A DNA stretch of 64,000 nt from Pocillopora damicornis (Eukaryota): contig NW_020845874.1 in the NCBI RefSeq assembly GCF_003704095.1, forward strand, positions 124,001-188,000, given 5' to 3'. Position numbers and translations under genes: made by a program. This document shows, piece after piece, positions 36,840 through 48,469 of the stretch (position 1 is its first letter; each line of letters starts with the position of its first letter). Below the pieces are notes generated by a model. It saw nothing but the letters and a program-made list of their open reading frames with translations. It was not told the origin of the DNA and searched no databases.

Positions 36840-39800
36840 AATTTCAGTGAGAACATTGCATTTGCCCGAACGCATTTAGTACTATACCAGCGATATTTAT
36901 TTTTGGCTCGTCTGGCACCGACCTGGTGTTTGAATGCGGAATAAATTTTTAGGGAGACCTGGTGGCATCTTCTCTAAAATTTGTCGTCACCAAACCTACA
37001 GAACGAAAAAACCCGGAAACAGCCATGGCGACGTTTGGGAGTCGCGTTAAAACTCACCGAAAGAAGGACGAAGTAAAAGGATATGCGCTATGCGTCGCCA
37101 TTTTTAGAAAAAACTGGAGGTTTCTTGCTTTTGTTTGAATCGTATTTCAGGAGCAGGTGATGATTGTCTAAAGAAGTACGAAATATCTATATTCGTTGTC
37201 GAATTTAACGCTTCAAGCGAACTGATGTACAGAAATATTTTTCATCGTGTTTTATTAAGCTTGATTAGCGCGGAGCAATCGTTTCTGGCACGGTATGTAG
37301 AAAAAATAAATTTTTAACTTGACTTGATTGTACAGCGCTATTTCAAACACGAAATTTTTAAACCGTATGCGACTTTTAAAATCTCAGTTCTTAAAATACT
37401 TTACTCCATTAGACCTCTTTTCAACATGGATATTGCATACCTGTTGTAAATGTTATCTCGAATAAAGTACCTTTATCTAGGACTTATAATGGTTGGCGAG
37501 TGTGAGGTTTTTTCAAGCGCAAAAAACAAGTCTGCTTTTTTTTTCTTGCTCGAACATTAAGTATATTTTAAGTTCAGTGGGAAAAATGAATTATTGATAT
37601 TACCGATCAATTGATGGCGCTTAGAATGTTTTAAACGATGAATTCTAAAATCTTAGAAAGTGACGTGTTAAAAATAGAATTTCGTTTGTGAGTATGGATG
37701 AAGGTAAATATCGTTGGCCTTTATCAAATTGTTAGAAATATTTCGTCATCAAGAAGGAATAACTTAATTTGTCAAATTCACGTTACGACTTGCAAGAATT
37801 CGAAGTTTTGCTGTCGTATTTTTAAATTTTCCATTGCAATTTCCATTCATCTGCATTCGTGCTTCAGGCTGTTATGTCATATCTGTCGCCTATGAACCCT
37901 TGTGCTATTTTTAGCCGTGCGGAGACCGAGTTTGCCCTTTTTGTTCAGTAAATGAGATGTAAAATTGCTGGCAGCTGTTTCCAATTACCAATGTAGCCCC
38001 AGGCTTTTCTCGTGGTTATTGTCACAGTTTGAATCAGATTATGAACTGTGCAGGAAGATTTTCATGCGGTTTTGCTGCTAAGCGTATTGAAAGTTCTCAT
38101 TAGAAGGGAACATTCGGTTTGTTAGATTGTATGTAATCATCTGAGTAATTATATATATTTAAAGTTTTATGTTATCAGATATCTTTCTGATCACTGTGAC
38201 TCTGGAGATATATTAGGTATTGATTATCTGGATTCATAATACACACACACACTGGCATACTCAAAATCAGTTTGAGCTCCCTGTTTTATTATGAGACGGC
38301 ATCAAATCGTTTGACGTTCTCTTGAGTCAACTTACTACAACAACGCGTCGTTTTTACGGCAGGGTGTACTGAGATTCATAAGCAATAAACATTGCAACAT
38401 TTTGATTAAAGGACAAGACATCCCTTAATGAAAAATAAATAAATGTGAACGAAATTCATCTGCTTTTCACCCAGAGAAAAAAGCAGAAAAATTTTCGATT
38501 TTTCTTTGAGGAACGCTCAGCACACACATGATGAATTATATTTATTATCCATATTTTAGATTTTGCGAAATATTGGTGAAACACGTCTTTATGTTAATGG
38601 AATAAAAGCAAGTTCATTTATTTCTTTGCATCTCCATTTTCTGCATTGCATTTCTACCTTAATTCTTTGTCTCTCCCTAATTTTTTTTCAGTCTCAAACC
38701 TTTCATCTCTTATCGATACGTGAAATTTGATTAACTATCATCTGGAAGTCCTTAAACTTCGTTAACCTAGTTGAAGTTTCATCTAAAAGAGTGCAAACGA
38801 TTGGTAGACTGGAATTGCAAGCAGTTAAGTGAATCATTAACCATCGACTCCAGTTGAAGGCACGCTTGAGTCCCTTGTGCTATTAATGCTTGCAGCCAAC
38901 AACCAGTCCATCCATTTCGCGATCGTGGGACCAAGTAATACCCGTAGAAATAATTTTGACTAAATAAATTAACGTATTTCTAAACTGTCTCTACAACGGC
39001 AGGCTATTTTAAAACTCCATTAAGCAAAATGTCGGTACGCCACACTATTAAAAAGAAACGAAAGAAATAAAAGTTGTATTTGGCTCAGAAGAGGAAAATG
39101 ATCACAAAGTAGCAAAGTAAACACAAGCTAAATAATTACTTTAGAAAGACGGCAAAGTTTTAGCTACCATGATGTTTGTATGAAGGTCACTCAATAGGCC
39201 TTAACGGAAAACCCAATTTCACCCCCAAGCTTCGCTGTCAAGGTGTAGACTGTTAAATTATGAAAAGAAAGTATTTCCAGAACGCCGAAATCAAAACAAT
39301 AACCAGATAAGAAGAACAAAAAGTGGCAACAATGAATAAAAACTTTAGTGCAAACGAGGCCTGGGGACGAGTTTTCAGTTGACGTCATCTTGCTTTAAGA
39401 GCAATTTGGAAACATTTAGTTGCACCCTAATATCTGTTTTTGCATTTTCTTTATACTGCTCTCCGTATGTTTGTTTTTTTCCCTATGGTACTAACATGTA
39501 GAATGAATTAATCAATCAAGAGATGCTTTATCAGTTCAGCGATGCTGTATGTGATGTGAGGAGGAATTTCGATCCTAGTCACTCTAAGAGGATCTGGATG
39601 GGATTACCTGGTAACTGACAAATGGCCAGAATTTTAACTGACCACTGACAAATCGCTGAAAATCTAACTGACAACTGACATTTGTGGTGGGCTTTTACTG
39701 ATGGGTGACAAAATACCGGATCGCCCTAAATACCCTAAAAACTGGATGTGAAATAGGGACAGTTGATTTATTTTGTTCAGTAAAAGTACGATTTTTAATG

Positions 39801-40395
39801 CATATCAGTAAGAGCGCGCCAAAGTGTAAAAACCAACCTGCAAAACCAAGCAATGCGAATAATATTGCATGCTGACCGTAAGACATGTACTCAAGAGATG
39901 CGCGCTAAATTGCAATTAGTATCGCTGCACAGTAGACGCCTTAGCCACAGTATGTTTACAAGATTATTAACAACATTAACTGCCCTAAGCAGTTGACAGG
40001 TTACTTAATTATTAAAAAACAAACAAAGACATTGTCGATCCTTCAGTGATCCAACTTATTAGATCTACCACACGTTTAAGACTAAATGTGGACAGACCTC
40101 GTTTAAGTTCTCGGCTGCGAGTGCCTGGAACAAACTGCCAAGAGATGTACGTGAGCTCACAACACTTGCACAGTTTTAGGGCGAAACATTTACTTACCTG
40201 ATGAACATGGACAGCTCCAATCACGTTTAAACAAGTTAAACGTAGACTTTATTTAATAATTCTTAAATAGGTTTTGTTATTCAACTGCATGCTTTATGTT
40301 TTTTATCGACTTTTATGTATTTTTTACTGGTCACCGATTGATACCAGTCAATCACTATTGATTGACTGACTGGTCTTTAATCAGGATAAATAAAG

Positions 40396-40396
<1 letters not shown>

Positions 40397-40444
<48 letters not shown>

Positions 40445-40450
40445 CATTAT
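40397..40450 (+). repeat. (TTA)n microsatellite inside the transposon
   Basis: Read directly. Confidence 0.95.
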
Positions 40451-40556
40451 TGTCACATTTCGTTAATAATTACCGCATGGACCATCCACATCAAGGTCAT
40501 ATGTCACATATCGGTTACATGGTCTTTGATACCCAACTCGGTCGTCAAATTACGCG

Positions 40557-41174
40557 ATGGCCGTCAATGCTGGTATTTTAAAAGCTGTTGTAAGCTTTTA
40601 TCGAATTGATACGGAAACGGCATTTGAGCGTCAGAGAAGCTGCATTCCTATCAATAATGTAAACACCGCACTGGCGCTGAAAAATCACCCTATTTTGTTC
40701 CTTGGTCTGAAGGAGTTGTCCAGTAAATATGGCCTTGGAGATTTTGATGTGAAACAATTTTACCTTAACTTCGGACGAGCGATGGAATCTGGAGCTTCCG
40801 ACCATACTGGTTGGAACAGGAAGCGAATTAAACAGTATGTATTGGAATGGTTTGGTATTTGGTATTGATATAAATAAATCAGTTAAAAGCCTACTCTGTA
40901 GCATTAAACGCCTATAGATACCGAGTTTGCAAATGTCAACTTTATGCGACCGCTACCTTCAGAGGAGATCAACCCCGAAACTGAAAGCGCTATGAAAGAA
41001 TTTGTGGGGAAGTATCGTCCATTGAGGCAAAGGACAGTTCGGGAGGGAACCACCAAGGGCAAGGCAGGGGCTCCACCACTGGCCGTCTACACGAAGCAAA
41101 AAGATTCCACCAAAGTAAACTTGTTGACGGGACTACGGAACAATTTTAACTCTGGAGATCAGCCAGTAGTATAA
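40557..41174 (+). pseudogene. Decayed coding fragments of the transposon-borne gene
   Basis: Two adjacent protein-like fragments (LKAVVSFYRIDTETAFERQRSCIP...HPILFLGLKELSSKYG; MRPLPSEEINPETESAMKEFVGKYRPLRQRTVREGTTKGKAGAPPLAVY) are separated by stops inside the TIR-bounded element. Confidence 0.5.
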
Positions 41175-41578
41175 TATATTGTGCTAGAGGACTCTTCACA
41201 AGTTTGTTGTCTTTCTGACAATCTTCTTTCCAACATTCAGAAGTGGTTGAAAAGGATTGTTTCAATGTTGCGCACGGGCAAACAGAAGTTTGGGTGCAGA
41301 AGAGTTGTAATGCCCTTCCAACAAAGACTGAAAGTCACTCGGAAGATCTTGCAATTATTTCATTCCAGAATTGATAAAAAGAAGTTCCTATTGTATCAAT
41401 TTTCGACTTAATTTTCGAGTTTAAGCTCTATGCCCCTTTTAATAAAAAAATAGGGTCGGAAAGTAATAATTAACTCTCCAATTTAATTATTAACAGTTAT
41501 TTAACTGACAAGGGGCAAATGGCCTAAAATCTGAAACTGATAAATGGCCGAAATTTTAAGTGACAACTGACATTTGTA

Positions 41579-41623
<45 letters not shown>

Positions 41624-41982
41624 CCATCCAGACCCTCCTCTAATGGATGAAGAGTTAACAAAAGTGTATTTATGACCATTGGTTTCACAGTAACTTGGCC
41701 GAAAGAGAACCGGGGAATTGAGTTAGGGAGGGGTATAAAGAGAATTTTTATTAGCGGAGCCGAGATTACCGATACCATAACCGGACTAGTCCAAAACTTT
41801 TCCTATACTTTTGTGAGTCATTTTTCAGTGAGGCATAATGAAAACTTATAGCGCCAGTGGTAGGGATGAGGAATAATGTAGCGAGCGAGGAGATTATAAA
41901 CCGTTTATAATCTCTTTGGCGAGGCGAAGCGCAGTTAAAAAAAATTTATAATGATGATGATACCATCAAAGTGGACGGAGGT

Positions 41983-42041
41983 GGCTAGTGGTCGATATTT
42001 ACCCAGCCACGAATCGGCCAGGTAAATGTCCACCTCTAGCC
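41983..42041. repeat. Hairpin repeat GGCTAGTGGTCGATATTTACC ... GGTAAATGTCCACCTCTAGCC
   Basis: Imperfect 21-bp inverted arms read directly. Confidence 0.6.
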
Positions 42042-44559
42042 GTCGACGCTAATTATATAAATCCTAGGGGGGGGGGNNNNNNNNNNNNNNNNNNNNNNNN
42101 NNNNNNNNNNNNNNNNNNNNNNNNNNNNNNNNNNNNNNNNNNNNNNNNNNNNNNNNNNNNNNNNNNNNNNNNNNNNNNNNNNNNNNNNNNCCCCCCCCCC
42201 CTCCCCCTTACTCCTGCCTCGCCCCCTCACTGGCAGCTAATTGGCCGTCAATTTGCCATAGTTTCCTCCTTATACTATGTTAGCGACGACTGATCCCCTC
42301 TTCATCCCCTCTTAAAACCATGTGTCTTCCCCCCTTAAAATCCTCCACATCACCCCCCTCTCCCCTGCCACAGGCGATAAATAAGCAGGATAATGATGAG
42401 CCTTAAAACAGTGAGATCAGCAGAGCACAAAAAAACGTTTTAAACTCATTTATTTCTGCAACGATTGCAAGATTTTCGGGCACGAGTTGCCCGAGAGTGA
42501 GTCAATATTCTAAATATATATGATTACATATATTTAGTTATACATTTATTCTCAAAGCATTAACTATAAGTGGAAAGAAGAGATAATTACAATTAAGAGA
42601 TTATTTCTTTATAGATAGAGATTCGTTAACAGGAAAGGGTAAATCTTATTATCGTATGATCCGTGCACGTAATCCCATATGTAGTAAACTACAATGAAAG
42701 CTCACTTCTGTCGGACAAGACGGATTAACGCAGGTTTGGATTAAGCCGTCCGGCCCCGCACCAGCTCGGCTTTGTTGAATTTTCCGAGAATGTGAGGTCT
42801 AAAACTGAGATGAAAAAAATGAGCCTTGTTTTTTCCGATGAATTGTGAGTTTCTTGTTCTGACACGAAGAAATGAGGTCAAACAGCAAAAGAGAAGTTTA
42901 TCATAGATTGGATTGCCCAATACGAGTTCCTGTTATGCATCTAATTGCTTCCTTATTAGATTTTAACATTCAAACATGATTTTAAATTTTTTAAGACCTA
43001 GAGGTCAAATGATAAAATACTTATTGACTGAGCTTGGTCAGGCGCGGACGGGAAAATATGTGGCTCTCCGCCATTACGCCCAGACTCGCTGGTCTCGCTG
43101 CACTCGGCCCGTAAGTCATGACCTCGGGTCAAATATTTCTTCCGTGCGGACCTCCCACTCTGTCAATGAGCAAATATATCACGACGAAGTTTCCCAAAAT
43201 GTTTTCAATTGTCTATAACTTAGAAAATAGACTACGAGCGGTCCCAGAAGGCTGTTGTGGGAATCAAAATAGGTAAAAAATTGATGTTCACGCGGAACTT
43301 GCCTCCCAGAGTTTTACGCGGTGCGGAAACACTATTTTTTCTTCAATGATTTGTTTTGAATCGCACGACGGTCTTCGCCGAGAAGGAGGGACTGTTCGTA
43401 GTCTATTAAGACAAAGTCTTTTACTAGTTTCCCGATCTCTTTGTGAAAACTGTTCCGTTTGTGCATTGTTGAGAGGATGGGGCGAATTTAGGGACCAATC
43501 TCATAACAGAAAAACAAAAACAAAGCAACCTGGATTACTTTGAACACTTTTAAACTGTTCCTTCTTTGAATTAGGACATATCCAAAGCAATACGATTAAA
43601 GCCAAATGTCCGAAGGTCGCGGTGTCGCATCTAATATTATTAAAATAAGCCCTATCAAAAATGTTACCATTGTAATTATTTTTATCGCATGAAAGTGTTA
43701 CTGGCAGTAACGTTTTTATTACTGCATTAGACACATTGAATTGGGCAATATCCTGTCAGTATAAGTAAAATCCAAAACCTCAAGATATGCCTCTTGATAG
43801 TCCAGACTACTTGCGGCGAAGCACGACGGGGACGGAAACGAGAACGGCGTGTGTTTCTAAATGTTGTATATTACCAAAATCAATCAATGTCTTATAGAAC
43901 CGAAAGGTTTTCTGTGCCGAGATCGGGAACACCGATGGCAAATTATTCACCATCCTTTTTTCAAGACTCACCTTTAAGTGAGGGCTAGCGTCCTTCGAAA
44001 TGTGAAACACGTTAACCGCAGTTTCTTTGGCACGCAGTTTGGTTGAGAGATTGTAGCTCATTTCTAAATAGACGTTCTCTCAGTATCACCGTCACCCCTG
44101 CCATGTCTGGATAACCACGCCCCTCGCACCCAGTGTTCACAAGTGCCATAATCTTGAGTTAGTCATTTCTTGGACATCCTAAATACGGCGAAAACAATTC
44201 TCGCGTGTAACTTTCGCAAGAAGGAGTAATTTCGAGGATTGGTCAGAGCATAAACGTTCGTTTCAGGTTTAGAAAGAACTCATGTGGGAATAATACGGAA
44301 GGTATGTCATGATAATAGCGCGTACGATTCTTGTGGGCGAGTAAAACTGTACTTGGGAAAACCTTGACGGTTTGGACCAATTGATTCGAGGGCACATACT
44401 ACAGAAACGATACCTAGGTTACTTTTTCCATAATGAACGATGCTGTAACAAGTCCAAAATCAATGGAATAGTAATAAAAAAAGAAAAGTAAAAACAACTT
44501 AAAATGTTCCATCAAACTAATAGATTTTATTGATCTCCAACTGCAAGTAAATAAGAAAG

Positions 44560-47500
44560 TTAACGGTAAGACTTTTGGTAGCGTGAGCGGGCTCCCGGTC
44601 CACCGAATTTCTTGGCCTCTGCACGGCGTGGGTCAGCCACCAACAGGGAACGGTCGTACTGAACGAGGATGTCACGGATCTCCTTCTTGGACACCTCATC
44701 CACATCTGACAAGTAAAGAAAACATTTCCAAATAAGTTCCCAAAAAGTGAGCAGCATTGATGAGTCTAGGACCCACGAAATTTCAACAAAGTACATGAGA
44801 GCGTACAGGTCAACTGACTGTTTTAGAATCAATTTCACAACAGCCAATCAGAAGAAAGGAAAACGTCACAGGGTTCCCATGGAAATGCAAAGTAAAAACA
44901 ACCAAGCTGCTTTAAATGAAGCAAAACACCATGACCAAGTTACAATTGGTTGCATTTTTTGAATCTGATTTGTTGAGAGGATGGTGCGAATTTAGGGACC
45001 AATCTCATTACAAAAAAAAAAAAAACAAAGCAACCTGGATTACTTTGAACACTTTTACACTGTTACTTTGGCTGACATCTGCACTCAACCCAACATGATG
45101 AAACATGACAAAACAACACCAAACAAGATATATAAATGAAAATATATATTTTGTCACTAGAAAATGTTTGATCATGATCACTAGCCTAAAATTTCCCATT
45201 TTGTCAGTGTCAAGTGTAAGTTAAAGCAAACATCACCATAGAAAAATAAAAAAGCTGCAGGGGTAAAGTTTTACATCACAGTTTTAATAACAAGTCTAGC
45301 TTTTGAACAAAGTACTACTCTACTCACATTTTTGGTAATAAGCTACCAAGGCCTTGGAAATGGCTTGACGGATAGCTGTGAAAAGAAAAAAAATGCCTAT
45401 TACAACTTTCAACCATGGGCACTTAATACACAGCAACAAAAAGATGTACTGGTAAAATCCTTCCCAAAAATACACTATACAACAACAATTGCCAATCAGT
45501 AAACCACTGACACTGCTTAATGTTAAAGCCAGATCATACCAGAACTTCACAAATACATGTATAATGAGAAGTGTCCAAAAAATCTACACCTTGAGTTTGT
45601 ACACCCTGTGTGTACTTCTTGACATCATAAATTTACATAAGGAGTTAAGAAGGACTTACCATAGATCCTGGATACATGTCCACCACCTTTCACTCTGACA
45701 CGGATGTCAACACCTTCAAATCTCTCCTTGCCAAGAAGAAGGATTGGCTCCTGAACCTGAAGTACAGAAACAAATTAACCCTTTCACTCCCATACAATTC
45801 CTATGTTGTAAGTTTTAGAGAATTTGGTATTGGATCAACTAATGATCCCCTTATTGATATTTTTTGTTATTCTCATTACTTGTTTGTGTGATAGTGTATT
45901 GATGTTGTAAGGTGAAATTATGTCTTGATCACTCATGGGAGTTAAAGAGCTACCCACTTCTATCTCCTGCTGGCCGAGTTCTGTTAAGTTCTCAAGGTTA
46001 GCACCAAACATTTGGTAAAATAAAAAAGCATTTATCAGTAGCTATCAAATATAGCCTATAGCTGGCTATGGCTTCATGCTAGTCTCTCAGCTTCAACCTA
46101 ATAATTTCACTTCATTTTCCTATTAATGATGATAAAAAGGTGTACAAGTTTTGAAATACCATTGAACAAAATGCTGTCAAGATGCCTGGGACTTATTCAC
46201 TAAATAGTTGCCTGTCTTGTGTGTAATCTGACAACACAGGATGGTGTCTATGATAACCTTTGCTTCCTCAAAGAAAGCCCAAGGCCCACTGATTGCATAA
46301 AACTGTGGTTTGGGATAGAATTTTTGTAAATAACCAGGCCTCTATCTTTATGTACTATATGGTTAACTTGTGTAACTATGACAGCTGTTTAATGAACTGC
46401 TTGGATGTGATAATACTTGGCCCTTTCCAAGGGCGTCACAAATCAAAATGCTAACAACTATCTTACCTTTAGGAAAAAAATTTTGGTATATTATTTATGA
46501 TACAAGTCTGCTATTTTGTTCATGTCACTTACAAGAGCTGGCACTATCAGGACTATTGATGCATATTTATGTGAAAACCTTGAAATAACTCTAGAATAGG
46601 TATGTCTTAAACATGTACAGACCTTCATGCGAAGAGTCGAAGGTTCCACTAAGTGCAATGGACATCCATTTATCTTGATCAAGCCATTTCCACGCTTGCA
46701 GAAGGCAACAGCAGTGGCTGTTTTCTGAACATAAGAATTAAGGTGGTTAGTTAATGCGTCACTTCACAAACTGTCTTAACAAATGATTTTCAGAGATCAT
46801 GAGAAAAAATGAACTAAAGCAATATATGTACAACCCTCTTTCAACTACCACCTTCCCACAATGCAAAACTTTGGCAGAGATTTAGCAACAAATTTTAAGT
46901 CAACAAGGGGTACAGTGAGAGCCAAATCTAGTGATTGTTCTAGTGAGTTCCATACTAGATAGATCACACTACCGGTAACCATACATTTTTATATCTGCAT
47001 AAAATATAATCAACACATACAGAATACCACAGCTTTATTTGAAAAATCGCGTAGACACAGCCAGGTTTAGGGCAATAATTCCTCTTTGCACGTTGAAAAT
47101 ATTCATTCACAAACCACAGATAATTCTTAGCCAAGTAAATGCATCCTCCTGCCAATTGCCTGGCAGTATTTAAGTTGAATTTACAAATAGAACTAAAACT
47201 TGTATCGACGACATTTAATTTTTCAAAATTTTTAGTTAACCAAGAAATTTCAAGATTTTTCAACTTGATGGATGTCAAAAGAGTTTAGAAACAAAAGGGA
47301 GTTATTTAATGTCGAAATTAAGTGACAGAATAATGTAGGAAGTTAGAACTGAGTCTATTTTTCTACTAAAGAAAACCAAAGACGTGCTAAAAATTAGCCA
47401 GAATGTTGTTTCGAATTTCAGAAATTAAACTTCGGATAGAAGTCTCATGACAAATATTTACACCCACTATCATAACTGCACACGGTAACTGACACGAATA

Positions 47501-47685
47501 TCCGCGACTTTCGATTAACGTCCTTAACTTCAGATGTTAACGAAATCTAAAAAGGCAACTACTGTGCATCAAATTCACAGCCGCCATATTTGTATACACG
47601 TGTTACCAACAAACCTAAATTTTTCGCAAAAATTCTCTACATTTCTACTAACCTTTCGTCCAAAAACTTGTACTGATTGACTCAT
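44560..47685 (-). CDS. RPS16: 40S ribosomal protein S16 (uS9), 5 coding exons
   Basis: Exons (minus): 47685-47653, 46724-46623, 45756-45660, 45375-45328, 44705-44560. Translation [37 protein letters not shown]...[88 protein letters not shown]. Minus-strand AATAAA at 44531-44526. Confidence 0.98.
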
Positions 47686-47777
47686 CTTAAAAGAAACATC
47701 AAATATCGCAAAATCAGAAGAAAATCGAAGCCGCAATAAATGAATATTATCAAATTAACTAAACCAAAATTCTCTAC

Positions 47778-47816
47778 CTTTCTGATGTCTCGAGAGAGTC
47801 GAAGCAAGAGGGAGAA
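47778..47816 (-). promoter_or_regulatory. Non-coding first exon of RPS16 with a 5' oligopyrimidine (TOP/TCT-like) start
   Basis: The minus strand reads TTCTCCCTCTTGCTTCGACTCTCTCGAGACATCAGAAAG|GTAGAG; the intron ends TTTTAAG directly before the ATG at 47685. Pyrimidine-tract starts are typical of ribosomal protein genes. Confidence 0.65.
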
Positions 47817-48469
47817 CAGTTAAGGCGCATGCACCAATATGGAGAAAGACATAAAAACGAGGCTACAAAGAAAATCAGGAATTAAAAAAATTGGAAGGAC
47901 TTCCATAAAGGAAGTCACGGAAAAGGGAAATGCCACACTTGTAAACTATTAAAACTCTGCTTTGTAGACGCGATGTTTATTCGAAAACGTTGTCAATTCA
48001 CTAAGTGATTACTTGCACTCTTCTCATCTTGTCTGAAGTTTATAATTAATTCAGATGCAAAAAAGTACCATAATATAGTCTTTGTTTCCCCAAGCAGTCA
48101 CTTCCGATGTGGATCGCGACGTTTCGACGTCTCGACACCATCGTCAATCAGTAAAACACGTCATTGTTAAATGTAATTATGAATCCAGAATTCATGTAAC
48201 GAAGCCCTCAACAAATTGTGCGCGTTTTGTACTAAGTCGGAGACTACGCTACTCGTTTTCATTTAAAAAAAAAAATTATTTGTCGGTAAAAAGTTTTGAG
48301 CATTTTTCGGGCCTTTTGAATCTAGAAACATTTCCTGCGTGGGCGGAAATTTAACAAGTGGATCAAAGTCAGAAGGAATTTAATAGTAAAAAAAACTTTC
48401 CAATGACCTTTCCAGGCACTCCTCGGGAGCTTGCACTGAGCTTGGTACGGCAATTCTCTCATACTCACT

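Larger units (their letters stand above)
39588..41637. mobile_element. ~2.05-kb TIR DNA transposon, internally decayed, with 6-bp TSD CTCTAA
   Basis: CTCTAA (39582-39587)|GAGGATCTGGATGG ... CCATCCAGACCCTC|CTCTAA (41638-41643). The 14-bp TIR has 1 mismatch. Subterminal AACTGAC(A)ACTGAC/AAATGGCC repeats occur at both ends, and broken ORFs lie at 40557-41174. Confidence 0.85.

Noticed and set aside
36576-36879. Overlapping ORFs 36576-36800 (-) and 36586-36879 (+)
   Set aside because: Shadow frames of the GC-richer PKI-like ORF; no recognisable motifs.
40396-40581. Poly-Leu 'signal peptide' ORF
   Set aside because: Translation of the (TTA)n microsatellite.
17056-42200. Long poly-G/poly-C runs (about 17056, 30226, 41581, 42067, 42191) as G-quadruplexes or poly-Gly/Pro ORFs
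   Set aside because: Homopolymers, several abutting N gaps; their lengths are unreliable, and the ORFs across them are artefacts.
42740-44105. Possible small minus-strand gene (MSYNLSTKLRAKETAVNVFHISKDASPHLK|GTGAGT plus exon-like pieces near 43640 and 42797)
   Set aside because: Splice-like signals exist, but I could not build a consistent, recognisable protein; needs RNA-seq.
44706-47652. Intronic snoRNAs in RPS16 introns
   Set aside because: Ribosomal protein introns often host snoRNAs, but I found no convincing C/D box pair with a terminal stem or a clear H/ACA structure by eye. An Infernal/Rfam scan would settle it.
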